Positions 37,717 to 47,729 of a stretch of 64,000 nucleotides of DNA are shown here, one piece after another; the first letter of the stretch is position 1, and each line of letters begins with the position of its first letter. The notes below the pieces were generated by a model. It saw only the letters and a program-made list of their open reading frames with translations. It was not told the DNA's origin and searched no databases. The position numbers and the translations under genes were made by a program. The stretch comes from Candidatus Thorarchaeota archaeon (GTDB taxonomy: Archaea > Asgardarchaeota > Thorarchaeia > Thorarchaeales > Thorarchaeaceae): the NCBI GenBank assembly GCA_046482545.1, contig JAWOEX010000019.1:1-64000 (forward strand), given 5' to 3'.

Positions 37717-38877
37717 GTGACTTCCGAAACGATAGAGCATGCAAAGCACGCACTCGCTGAGTGTCGCTTTGAGGATGCTATAGCTCTTCTTGAGGAAAAC
37801 CTTGAGAAAGATGATTCGGATCCTGATACACTTGTTCTTCTTGGAATTGCATACGTCCAGTCCGAGCAAGCTAAGAAAGCCGTCAATGTGTTGAGAAAGG
37901 CGGACGAACTGCTGGAAGAGCATTGTGTGGTTTCTCTTTTTCTTGGTCGAGCTCTTGAGGCTCTCGGTGAGCTTGAGGAGGCAGAAATACATTTGCGGCG
38001 CGCAATTCGCCTCGATCCAGATGAGCCAGAAGCCTGGAGAGATGTTGGCAGAATTCTGCTGTCACAGAAACGCTATACTGAACTGATTGAAACTGTTCGT
38101 GATGCTCTCAGCCGTTTTTCCGATAGTGCTTATTTGAGGAGTCTCTATGCTATTGGCCTTTACAGATTAGGAGATTGCACAGGCGCTTGTCGGCAGTGGT
38201 ATGAAGTATACAAGCTACGACCTGAATCCCTCTTGGCCTTGTCGAATTTCACGTACATGCTCCTTAGGCAGGGTCGTGTTCGAAAGGCCGTAACATATGT
38301 GGAACAGGCTTCCAACCTTAATCCTCAGGATTCTCGGACGCTGTTCTTACAAGGAGAATTGCACCTCCATCAGGAAAATTACGAAAAAGCGCGATTCTTA
38401 TTTGAGCAAGCACTAGCCGAGCAACCCACCAATCTAACGATTTTATCCCGATTAGCGGTCATAGCCCATCACGAGAATAAACCAGATGAGCGGAACGATT
38501 TGATCGATCAAATCCGTGATATGGGAAAGAATAACCCTCATTCATGGAAGGCACTCTCATACATCTACGAGAATCTTGGCCAATATGAAGAACTCATTGA
38601 TTGTATGCTTGACTTTGTGACTGAATGCCAGTGTTCAGCTGCACTCTGGGTAAAACTGGCTACAGCATATGAGGCCTTAGGATTATCAGACGAAGCTGAA
38701 CATGCTTGGACTATGTCTTTCAAGCTTCGGAGGTATGTTAAGATTCACTGCAGGCACTGCGGAACGTATCTTCGATTACCTTATGAAAAGCAGAATGGTT
38801 TCGATATTCACAGAGACAGAAACTGCCTGGAATGCAATTCTGTCATCCCGATGCCTGATTCCCTTGCTGAAATGTGA
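37717..38877 (+). CDS. TPR protein with C-terminal Zn ribbon
   Basis: Multiple TPRs; CRHC...CLEC. Confidence 0.85.
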   Translation: MTSETIEHAKHALAECRFEDAIALLEENLEKDDSDPDTLVLLGIAYVQSEQAKKAVNVLRKADELLEEHCVVSLFLGRALEALGELEEAEIHLRRAIRLDPDEPEAWRDVGRILLSQKRYTELIETVRDALSRFSDSAYLRSLYAIGLYRLGDCTGACRQWYEVYKLRPESLLALSNFTYMLLRQGRVRKAVTYVEQASNLNPQDSRTLFLQGELHLHQENYEKARFLFEQALAEQPTNLTILSRLAVIAHHENKPDERNDLIDQIRDMGKNNPHSWKALSYIYENLGQYEELIDCMLDFVTECQCSAALWVKLATAYEALGLSDEAEHAWTMSFKLRRYVKIHCRHCGTYLRLPYEKQNGFDIHRDRNCLECNSVIPMPDSLAEM

Positions 38878-38895
38878 TTCTTGGGGGTGACGATT

Positions 38896-39348
38896 ATGGG
38901 GTCTCGAGAATATTCATCACAAGCACTTGTGGGGGTTGGAGCGATTGTGGTTGGTCAAAGAGGACTTTTACTCGTAAGGCGTGACAAGGATCCAGGTGAG
39001 GGACGCTGGAGCATCCCTGGAGGACTCATTGAACTGGGAGAAACACAAATAGAGGCTGTTAGTCGTGAAGTCCACGAAGAGACGGGTATTAGTGTTGACG
39101 TGCTGAATCTGCTAAGCACGGCAGACGTCATCATTCGCGATGATGACGACCGAATCAAGTTTCACTACGTTTTGAATCACTACCTTGCAAGAGCACTAGA
39201 CGAAGATACTAGGCCAGAATACCCCAAAGCTGAAGTTGACTGGTTTTCCTTTTCGGACTTACAATCGCTGGATGTCCCTGAGATGATTCATCAGCTCCTT
39301 AGAAAGCATAGTTTAGCCATTGATACTACTTATGACAAATACTACTGA
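38896..39348 (+). CDS. NUDIX hydrolase (ADP-ribose pyrophosphatase-like)
   Basis: PGG.IELGET..EA..REV.EETG Nudix box. Confidence 0.92.
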   Translation: MGSREYSSQALVGVGAIVVGQRGLLLVRRDKDPGEGRWSIPGGLIELGETQIEAVSREVHEETGISVDVLNLLSTADVIIRDDDDRIKFHYVLNHYLARALDEDTRPEYPKAEVDWFSFSDLQSLDVPEMIHQLLRKHSLAIDTTYDKYY

Positions 39349-39604
39349 GAATCAGATTTGAGAATGCCTTAGCGGGTATCGAAAGCTCTGTGGAAAGTCA
39401 TATCAAGATATCGGAGTGATTCATGTTTTTGTTTCTGCTTGTTAGTATCTGTGCATTTGAATAGCGAATTGACGACTCATTTGATTTTATAACAACAATA
39501 TCGTCAACTTTTTCAATAGTGATGGTGCCGACTCAAGGTATATAAAAGTCTACAGAAGAATACCTATAGAACGATTCTAGAATACACGGAGATGTGAAGG
39601 AATA

Positions 39605-40069
39605 ATGCCATTCAGAACAATCACGGCCTTGATAATCGCCCTCGTTGTGGCGATTATTATTGGTGCGTTTCAGATTCTTGGACTAAGTATTGAACAGATT
39701 CAGATAATTCTAAATTCGGGAAATATAACGGGTGAACTGGAGATATTGGGGGCTCTCCTGTTTGGTCAACTGGTGTTTCCTTATACATTCGCTACTGGTG
39801 GTGCATACGGACCTTTAGTTGCACTGGGCGTAGCAGGATTCATTGCTGGACTGATATCAAAGAGCGGTGTGAGGATGCTTTTCGTATCCATCATTTCGAT
39901 GGTCCTCTTCTTTCTAGGTTACACCATTCTTACACTGGGCCTTGGCCCAAGTTCTGTTGAGCTGCTTATAGATATCGCGAGGAACATTCCAATAGATCTT
40001 GCTGTAGCCTTTGCTCTTCTATTCGTACCCGGTATAATTGGGGCAAGGTTGACAGCTGAGAAGTATTAG
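39605..40069 (+). CDS. Hypothetical membrane protein
   Basis: Hydrophobic, 154 aa. Confidence 0.75.
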   Translation: MPFRTITALIIALVVAIIIGAFQILGLSIEQIQIILNSGNITGELEILGALLFGQLVFPYTFATGGAYGPLVALGVAGFIAGLISKSGVRMLFVSIISMVLFFLGYTILTLGLGPSSVELLIDIARNIPIDLAVAFALLFVPGIIGARLTAEKY

Positions 40070-40111
40070 ATTAGCAGTGGAGGGGTGTAACCCTCCTCCT
40101 CTTTCTCTTTT

Positions 40112-41593
40112 TTAGACTAGTTTTTTACTGAGGTTTCTGGACACCAAATCTAGATATTCCTCTAACCTATTTGGCTGAATAAATGCACCAGCCGCCATTG
40201 GATGGCCTCCTGCTTCAACAACAAGTGCATCGTATTTCGTGTTGAGGCATTCACCACAATGAACAAACGTCTCCTTTAGATTGATTCCTCGGTTTACCAG
40301 TCTTCTGCAAGTTCTCCCAGAAAGCTTTGCTAGGCTGCTCTTCTCTGAAGTATTGGTAGTGACGCCAATAACTGGCTTATCATCGGGCAAAATCCGGGAT
40401 GACTGAGCCATACCAATGACAATACCAATGATGGTGTCTTGTATCTCAGAATCCTGCACTAGATACATCCCTTCTCTTTCGTCGAAACCGTGCGTCTCAA
40501 TTCTTCGAAGGGCGGTAGCTAGGTTTCTTCTGTGCTCTCTCAGTAGAGTCCTTCCTTCTTGGTATGCCTCCTGATTTCCCAGACAGATTTTGACTCCAAC
40601 TTTTGCTCTTCTGTTCCGTCCGCAGGCATTGAGCAGGGTTGAGAACTCCTTGGCACTTCGGAGTTCAGATCTCTCGGGTCTATTCAGTAATGTTATGACA
40701 TCGCCAACTATCCCTTGCGCCTTTCGAGCATCTTGATAGGATTGAAGAATGAGACTCATCAGATGTTGAATTACAACTTGTTTTTCCTGTGTATTGAGAT
40801 CCACCCATCGTCGCCATCTTTCGTTTACCTTCATTGGTATTCCGAGGGCTTCAAAGAACTCAAAGGATGCGTCCCGATTCCCAGTAATACCGGGAATGTA
40901 TGGATCGGTTGCATATTCTAGAAGAAACGGTAGTGGTCTAGTATTGATTCCGAAGAATGTGAGGTCGCGGTCTAATCGAACCATTCCACTTTCCACCCCT
41001 GTTTCGAGTATTTGGCGGTTCACGCCAGAGAATCCTTTGCCATAATACCTTTGCAGGTCGCCTGTGGCACCAACTACAGCCAGCTCGCTCAAATCTGCAT
41101 TCTTTCCGGATACCTCGTAGGCCAAGAGAAATGCAGTTCCTGCTCCGGAGAGGTCAGAGCTTCCACTTATGCCGTGGTGGCATGGATTAACTTCGATAAT
41201 AGGACTGTTTGCATGCTTCTGCAAATACCCTTCCGTATTATTCTGGGGAAGATGGTGATCCAACACAATGATGCTTTCAAGAGATTCCTGCTTTCCGAGT
41301 GCCTCGATAATTAAAGGCATCTGCCCAGTTCCCAAATCACTGAAAATAACCGTATCTGGTCTCTTCTCAGAAACGAGCTTCCTTACATCTCGAATGGTCT
41401 CCGAATTAAGCTGATGGATGTTTCTCCACAAAGGGCTCTTTTTCAATCTTCTAAACATCCGGCATACGATAGCGAGTGCAGTGATACCATCCGTATCGAT
41501 GTGAGAAATAGCGAGAGGGCGCCTTGCAGCTTTGACTCGATTTGCGGCTCGCTCGAGTTGATTTCTCATTTGTTCAGGTAAATCGAAGTGCAA
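40112..41593 (-). CDS. DHH phosphoesterase, archaeal RecJ/Cdc45 family
   Basis: HIDTDG, DLG, LDHH, GATGD, LLNACGR, GGHPMAAGA. Confidence 0.9.
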   Translation of the reverse strand: MHFDLPEQMRNQLERAANRVKAARRPLAISHIDTDGITALAIVCRMFRRLKKSPLWRNIHQLNSETIRDVRKLVSEKRPDTVIFSDLGTGQMPLIIEALGKQESLESIIVLDHHLPQNNTEGYLQKHANSPIIEVNPCHHGISGSSDLSGAGTAFLLAYEVSGKNADLSELAVVGATGDLQRYYGKGFSGVNRQILETGVESGMVRLDRDLTFFGINTRPLPFLLEYATDPYIPGITGNRDASFEFFEALGIPMKVNERWRRWVDLNTQEKQVVIQHLMSLILQSYQDARKAQGIVGDVITLLNRPERSELRSAKEFSTLLNACGRNRRAKVGVKICLGNQEAYQEGRTLLREHRRNLATALRRIETHGFDEREGMYLVQDSEIQDTIIGIVIGMAQSSRILPDDKPVIGVTTNTSEKSSLAKLSGRTCRRLVNRGINLKETFVHCGECLNTKYDALVVEAGGHPMAAGAFIQPNRLEEYLDLVSRNLSKKLV

Positions 41594-41666
41594 GAACGTG
41601 TGACCTCATAATAATCTACAAGCTTGTGGAATATAAGTAGACACCTCTTCGGTGACGAGATATTCC

Positions 41667-42026
41667 TTAGTCTGAACCCCTTGCAACTCTGGACAAAGCT
41701 AGGAAGACAACCAGAAATACACTTGCTACTGCAGCCAATCCTTTTGCGATTTTCTGCCACATTGTCAGTGGTACTTCAATCTCTTTTAGCTCATTCTTGA
41801 CTCTCTTCAGGTAGATTCGTTGTTCATTATAGAGAGAACTAGAATCATCGTATTGATCGGAAAATTCGGACCAGCTCGAATAGAAGGGCGGTTCAGGTTT
41901 GCTTGCTACCCACTCATCCCACAGAGCTAGTATATCTGACTTGTGAGGCTCTGGAAATTCTTGTATTGTTGCAATGATTTGTCTTTCCGTCTCTCTTGAT
42001 AATCCCAATCTATGCACCCGCATCAA
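41667..42026 (-). CDS. Hypothetical protein with C-terminal TM anchor
   Basis: 119 aa, hydrophobic tail. Confidence 0.65.
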   Translation of the reverse strand: MMRVHRLGLSRETERQIIATIQEFPEPHKSDILALWDEWVASKPEPPFYSSWSEFSDQYDDSSSLYNEQRIYLKRVKNELKEIEVPLTMWQKIAKGLAAVASVFLVVFLALSRVARGSD

Positions 42027-42110
42027 TCAGTATCTGTTATTCTCTATACGTTGTAGCCTTCTTAAGGCTTGAGCTTGCATGTTGGTTAACCTTACTCTTG
42101 ACTGGGAGTC

Positions 42111-42629
42111 TTATTCCTTTGCCTGTATTTCGTCAATCCAATCGCGTATATCTGCCTTCAATTTCCTAACATCGTTTGGGTTGACACTATCTACTCTGCT
42201 GTAGGTTTTCAGAATACGCCGCCACCTATCCATTTTAATCGTTAGAGACCCAGAGCCAATTGCTTTTTCCACGGTATCGGACGCCTCAGAAATACGCTCA
42301 GCTAGCTCACTGGCAATTGCTCCCTCCTTAACCTGTATTTGGAGATTCTCCAGAACTGACCTTGCATTAGATACTCCTTGTTTTCCTTTCACTTTTGTCT
42401 TCTCTTCGCCCACAGGTTTTTCTACCGGCTTTTGCGTGGCAGCGAGCTTGAGTTCATCCAGCTTCTCTCGGTTTGCTGCTACCTCAAGCCTTAGCTCCCC
42501 GATTTCATCCCGCACTTCCGAAATGATAGAAATGACATCCACCATTTTGTTCACGGTTTCAGTTAGGCGCTCTATGGACTTGTTTATTTCAGTGAATTTG
42601 GCTCGGATATATGTGCTGTCGTCATTCAT
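42111..42629 (-). CDS. Hypothetical coiled-coil protein
   Basis: Heptad pattern in the N-terminal half. Confidence 0.75.
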   Translation of the reverse strand: MNDDSTYIRAKFTEINKSIERLTETVNKMVDVISIISEVRDEIGELRLEVAANREKLDELKLAATQKPVEKPVGEEKTKVKGKQGVSNARSVLENLQIQVKEGAIASELAERISEASDTVEKAIGSGSLTIKMDRWRRILKTYSRVDSVNPNDVRKLKADIRDWIDEIQAKE

Positions 42630-42838
42630 TTAGTGCATTCTCCCTTACGGCTACTGGGAGTAAACCCCGGGATTCATACTCACATCTATTCGTTTCCGAT
42701 TCAAGATTAAGCTTTTTGTCACCAATAGTTTTCTCAGAATATCATTCGATTGGCATATCCTACAGCTGAATCCTTTTATCGGAGGCCATTTATTCAATCC
42801 ATTGAAAATCCACACTCCAGTGAGTCTTACGAGGTCGA

Positions 42839-43198
42839 TTGAAGTTGTATATAACGAACTACAAGGAAAGGGAGAAAATCGAGGTTACTTTAGAAGGCAG
42901 CAAGAAGACCACCATGCGATGGCTCGTAGGAAGAAGAAGCGGTGCCAGAACTTACGCAATGCGTTGGTTCAAGATTGAGCCCGGTGGAATTATCCCCTCA
43001 CATACTCATCCCGAAGAGCATGAGATTTTTGTACTCAGTGGTGAAGCCAAAATGCTCGGAGATCTTGAGGGTAAGACCGCTAAGAAGGATGACATCATTT
43101 TCATAGATCCAAACAAACCACATGGCTATGACAACACGGAGGGCACAGAGGACTTTCGCTTCATATGCGTCATACCGCTTCTTGATAAAGAAGATTAA
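42839..43198 (+). CDS. Cupin domain protein
   Basis: PSHTHPEEHE..V..G, PH.Y.N. Confidence 0.88.
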   Translation: MKLYITNYKEREKIEVTLEGSKKTTMRWLVGRRSGARTYAMRWFKIEPGGIIPSHTHPEEHEIFVLSGEAKMLGDLEGKTAKKDDIIFIDPNKPHGYDNTEGTEDFRFICVIPLLDKED

Positions 43199-43254
43199 CC
43201 CTGCTTTCTCGGTTTACACCGGAAAGCTATCAAAGCAAAATTTTCACAAAGACG

Positions 43255-44079
43255 GTGTTAGTAATGGAGCTTAATGAGAAATCACTCTGGCTATTTGATG
43301 TTGACAATACACTGATACAAGACGTAGAGCATCCAACTCCCTTTCCAGGTGCTATAGAATGCTGCCGAACTCTCGAAGATGCTGGTAAACAAATTGGTAT
43401 ACTAACAAATGTTGGCCGACTTTCAGCTAGGCAAGTCCACTCAGCAGTAGAGGGGGCTGGTTTTCCATTTTCACGAGAGGCGGTATTCACTGCGGGGGCA
43501 GCCACGGCAGCCTATGTCTTCAACAGAAATCCTGATGCTAGATGCTTTGTAATAAGCGAAGGTGGAGCCACTGAAGATTTCATCGCAAAAGGTCTGAACG
43601 TAGTCAATAATCCCCCAATCGATTTTGTTGCTATTGGTGCGGATCGAGATTTGAGCTTTCAGCGTTTGAATTTCGCAACCAAATGTGTTAGGGATGGAGC
43701 CGAATTACTCTGCATTAGTGGTAGTAGAGATTATCCTGGCATCTATCTAGGAAAAGAGGATGTGTATCTGGGTGAGCGTTCCATAACTGCTGCAGTTGAG
43801 GATGCAACAGGAGAGAAGGCAACAATAGTCGGAAAGCCATTACCTGAGATTGTTGTTGAAACAGTGAAAACTATGGGCTATAATTGTGATGATGCCGTAA
43901 TGATTGGCGATAATCCAGCTTCAGATATTGCAGGGGGAAATGCGGCGGGTTTGTATACTATTCTAGTTAAGCGAAATCCTGATGATATTGTCGCGTATGA
44001 AGCAGACGGGCTCGATACGAATCCAGATGTGATGATTAACAGCTTGGAAGAGCTCCAATTGCTTATCAGCGAATGGTAG
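43255..44079 (+). CDS. HAD-IIA family hydrolase (NagD-like)
   Basis: FDVDNTL, LTN, GKP, MIGD...DI. Confidence 0.9.
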   Translation: MLVMELNEKSLWLFDVDNTLIQDVEHPTPFPGAIECCRTLEDAGKQIGILTNVGRLSARQVHSAVEGAGFPFSREAVFTAGAATAAYVFNRNPDARCFVISEGGATEDFIAKGLNVVNNPPIDFVAIGADRDLSFQRLNFATKCVRDGAELLCISGSRDYPGIYLGKEDVYLGERSITAAVEDATGEKATIVGKPLPEIVVETVKTMGYNCDDAVMIGDNPASDIAGGNAAGLYTILVKRNPDDIVAYEADGLDTNPDVMINSLEELQLLISEW

Positions 44080-44237
44080 ATCTCTTTATTCTGCCTAGGT
44101 CTGTCCTCATTATTATTCACTAACATTTTTCCATATCCCGCACGGACGGGTTTACAGGGCAAACCAAATCTTACATGCTGGTCTAATAGTGCTGTAATGG
44201 CCATAACCTTGAAGACTCATGGTGTCATAGCTTAATT

Positions 44238-44948
44238 ATGAATGCAGAGACTAGGTCATCAAACACTCCACTTGGTGAGATTGACGTATGCTTTGAAGTT
44301 CGGAGGACTAACGTATCCTTAGCGGTTATTGAGCTCTACAATGTGGAAGTTTCTCCTGTGCAGGATTCTTTTCTAGAGTACGAATCCGAGGTATTCAAGA
44401 AGATCAGAGAGCAGTATTCACGTGATGACTTGAAAAACGATGAAATCCTGAGTGCATTCCGTGACTTTTACTGGTCCTTTGGCATGGATCCTACCAAAAC
44501 GAGGGTGTCCAGTGAGGCACTTCTCCGGCGAATTCTTCGCGGTCACGGTCTCTGGAGGATATCAAATGTTGTAGACATTGCCAATCTTGCTTCAGTTTCT
44601 CATAGATTTCCTATTGGTTTGGCTGATACTTCAGGAATTGAGGGGTCACTCCGTGTTAGGACTGCAAGGGACGGAGAGGTATTCGAGAGAATAGATGGTG
44701 AAGAGATAGAATGTAGAGAGCGTGATATTGTTGTTGCGGATGAACAGCGAATAATCTGCTTCGGATATGCAACACATGATTCAAAATATACTAGAATTCG
44801 TGACGATACAGAAACAGCACTTGTTATGGTCTATTGTGCACCGGAAATCAAGGCGAAACTCTTCTCTGAAGCAGCAAAGAGCACCCGTGACATGTATGAC
44901 CGGTGGGTCAAATGTGAAGTTGGTGCCACTAAATTCTTCCACTCTTAG
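44238..44948 (+). CDS. Stand-alone B3/4 (PheRS-beta editing-like) domain protein
   Basis: FR.FYW..G.DPTK.R.SSEAL.RR, VD..NL.S. Confidence 0.85.
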   Translation: MNAETRSSNTPLGEIDVCFEVRRTNVSLAVIELYNVEVSPVQDSFLEYESEVFKKIREQYSRDDLKNDEILSAFRDFYWSFGMDPTKTRVSSEALLRRILRGHGLWRISNVVDIANLASVSHRFPIGLADTSGIEGSLRVRTARDGEVFERIDGEEIECRERDIVVADEQRIICFGYATHDSKYTRIRDDTETALVMVYCAPEIKAKLFSEAAKSTRDMYDRWVKCEVGATKFFHS

Positions 44949-46867
44949 TCGATTTCAAACTCAAGAAAAGGCTTGCCGAGCGCAATCCTTTCAATCATAT
45001 TGTTCTTCTTCGCTGTGTTGACCACGTGTAGGAATGTGTTTTCTAGCCTCTCCATATCGAGGTATTCGGGATTCTTTATGCCCATACTCTTGGCTACCTT
45101 CTCGACCGCTTGTTCAAAATCGAAGATAATGTGGGGTTCCATGCGTCCACCATGCCGCTCCACGGATTTCTTCTCTTTTCGCACAAATCCGTGTTTGATG
45201 ACGCTACGGGTTTCGGTCAGGTAGTAGACGAGAGATTTTTCGTAATTGAGTTCTCCTCTTTTGATTAATTCACGTAGGAAGTTGAGGCCATGAGTTGTGC
45301 GTGCAACTTTTTCAATACGCGCAATGAGTCCGTTAATGATATCGTCGTAGGAGACCCTCTCCGTTTTTCCTTTCGTTTCAATTACCTTTTCATCATCATC
45401 TGCCTTGGCAAGCTTCGCTTTCTTAGCGGCAATTTCTTGCTGTTTTTTCTTGCGTTGTTCTTCCAGCTCTTTCTGACGTTCCCGTTCTTTCCTCCTTTTC
45501 TCAGCTTCCTTTCGCTTGGCCTCTTCCCGTTTCTTCCGTTCCTGTTCCATCTTCGCAAGGATTTTTTTCCTTCTCTCTACGAGTTCCTTCATATGCCTCT
45601 CGACGTCTTTCTCGGTCAATGTCACGTGCTTCGTAAGGAGCCATCTGACACCTATCTGATTGACCTTTGGTCTGAGGTCCGCCGAAGAGAAGACGAAATT
45701 TGCCGTCTGTTGTCCCGGTAGTGAATCTATGATTCTCTCAGCAGCTCGTTCTCCTGCAATAGGCTCAAGAATCCGTTCGAGGACTTTCAGAGACTGTTTG
45801 CTGCTGATTCTGCCCGAGGCGATGGTGTTGAATTGCTCAAACGCCTTGTAATCGATGTCTTTGGGGCTTTGCGTAGCAATCAAACATTCTACCCCGTACT
45901 TCCTGGCTTGTCGGAAGAGTAGGAGAAATGTTTCTTTTGGCCCGGGTGATTTCATCCCTGCAGGAATGAATGGGGCCGCCTCGTCTTGGAAAAGAATCAT
46001 TCTGGGATCCTCACTGTATCCTTGCCTTAGCATCCAAGAATACAGTTGGTTTAACACGATAGAAATGAAGAAGTGTTTTTCCTCCTCGCTTCGTAGTGTC
46101 TTCAAGAAAAGAACATTGATTGGGGTCTTACCATCGACATCCTTGGTCATATAGTCAAAATCAATTTGACCTGCTTCTTTGAAGAGGAGTTGTGAAGAAC
46201 CAACAGTCAAGCTTCTAATTGATGTAGCAAGCTTCTGTCGTTGTGAAGCTTTCATGTAAGGGTTCAAATCCACTCCTACCTCCTCTTTGTCCGCTTCAAG
46301 CATATCTGCCAATTCAGCTAGAGATCCAATCTCCTTTTCATCATCCTCCCAAACTGCACGCAGAAGCTCGTATACAGCAGCGAATGACTTGGCTTCCCAC
46401 GAGCTAGATAGCCCAGCAACCTTGGCTAGGACTTTGACAAGGGTTCTTGCTGAGTTGTCCAGCAATCTGATAACATCATCTTGATCTGCTTTCTTGTCAG
46501 GCAATTTTAGTGGATTGATAGATACCGGCAAACCCTTGCTGCTCGCGGGGGTAAAGACACGGACGATTACTTTTTCCATGTATTGTTCCAGTCGTTCTGG
46601 GGGCACTCCTTTCTCTTCAAGCTCCTCTGGATCACCCGGAAGCATCAAGGATGCTATATCCCCTTGAGGATCGAAAGCCAGCACAGGAATTCCTTCGAGT
46701 GCGGCTTCTTCTATTATGGCCTTGCTCAATACGGTCTTTCCAGAACCTGTGGACCCGAAAACTCCCCCATGTCTGCGTAGAAGATCGACGCTTATCTCAA
46801 ATCTCCTATCGGTTTTCTGCCCTTCATCATCTAGGTACCTTCCTAGCCATAACTTGTCGTCTGTCAC
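44945..46867 (-). CDS. HerA/FtsK-superfamily ATPase (DUF87/DUF853-like) with charged coiled coil and C-terminal domain
   Basis: GSTGSGKT, FDPQGD, FQDEA, RKYG, ATQ.P. Confidence 0.85.
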   Translation of the reverse strand: MTDDKLWLGRYLDDEGQKTDRRFEISVDLLRRHGGVFGSTGSGKTVLSKAIIEEAALEGIPVLAFDPQGDIASLMLPGDPEELEEKGVPPERLEQYMEKVIVRVFTPASSKGLPVSINPLKLPDKKADQDDVIRLLDNSARTLVKVLAKVAGLSSSWEAKSFAAVYELLRAVWEDDEKEIGSLAELADMLEADKEEVGVDLNPYMKASQRQKLATSIRSLTVGSSQLLFKEAGQIDFDYMTKDVDGKTPINVLFLKTLRSEEEKHFFISIVLNQLYSWMLRQGYSEDPRMILFQDEAAPFIPAGMKSPGPKETFLLLFRQARKYGVECLIATQSPKDIDYKAFEQFNTIASGRISSKQSLKVLERILEPIAGERAAERIIDSLPGQQTANFVFSSADLRPKVNQIGVRWLLTKHVTLTEKDVERHMKELVERRKKILAKMEQERKKREEAKRKEAEKRRKERERQKELEEQRKKKQQEIAAKKAKLAKADDDEKVIETKGKTERVSYDDIINGLIARIEKVARTTHGLNFLRELIKRGELNYEKSLVYYLTETRSVIKHGFVRKEKKSVERHGGRMEPHIIFDFEQAVEKVAKSMGIKNPEYLDMERLENTFLHVVNTAKKNNMIERIALGKPFLEFEID

Positions 46868-47049
46868 TAGTTACACCACCTGCATAAACACAGAGGAGCT
46901 TGGGTCTTCACTGGTTGGGTGAAGTTCGGAAAAGGTGTTATGTATTTATCTCCTCTGTTATTTTCTGTAGACTCTCAAGTGCCTGAAGAATGATAGATAC
47001 TTTCAAAGAAATCGAGAAGGGGGCTGCTAACCCCCGTATTCTTATGCTG

Positions 47050-47658
47050 TTATTCACCGACGGGTTCGTATCTTCTTCCAAGCGCGATACCCATTGTTAG
47101 GACAAGGCCCACTGCAAAGGCGCCTAGTGCAACTGCAGCCCACTCGTAGCTGCCTACTGAAATCCTAATCCAGTCCAAACCTACCATGAGGCCTGCCATT
47201 AGTGAACCAAGTAACAATGAAACGAGCATGAATCGCGAAGTCATCTCCTTTACTTGACTGATATCTGCTCCTTCAGTGATTGTAGTGCTGAAGTAGCTGA
47301 AAATGAATAGGAACACGTATGCAATGACTATCATCGATGCCATCTCGAAAACCGTATCTTGAACGGCAGTGTTGAATATACCGTAGATCAAAATTGTCGC
47401 GATTGCCATCAGGAACACGAATATGTTACTCATGAGCTTGTCTTCTGGATGCACAAAACCAGTTAGCTCAGTGAATGTGCTTATGAGCGAGAACACAACC
47501 ACCAGAATCATGAGGGCCGCACCGACTACCCACGTGATAAAAGGCGTATTCTCCTGTGCGGGTACACCTTGAAGCAGGTATTTCAGGATTACAGAGAATC
47601 CTAAGATTGTAAGCCCGATTCCAGCGATTATATTGCTAAGCGTTGTCAATCTCACCAT
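47050..47658 (-). CDS. Hypothetical six-TM membrane protein
   Basis: Hydrophobic, 202 aa. Confidence 0.75.
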   Translation of the reverse strand: MVRLTTLSNIIAGIGLTILGFSVILKYLLQGVPAQENTPFITWVVGAALMILVVVFSLISTFTELTGFVHPEDKLMSNIFVFLMAIATILIYGIFNTAVQDTVFEMASMIVIAYVFLFIFSYFSTTITEGADISQVKEMTSRFMLVSLLLGSLMAGLMVGLDWIRISVGSYEWAAVALGAFAVGLVLTMGIALGRRYEPVGE

Positions 47659-47729
47659 TATTAATCTCCCCTAACGGAGTTATTGTGTGAGTTTCGCAAG
47701 GCCGTTATTAACCTTTGCTGAGCACCCAA

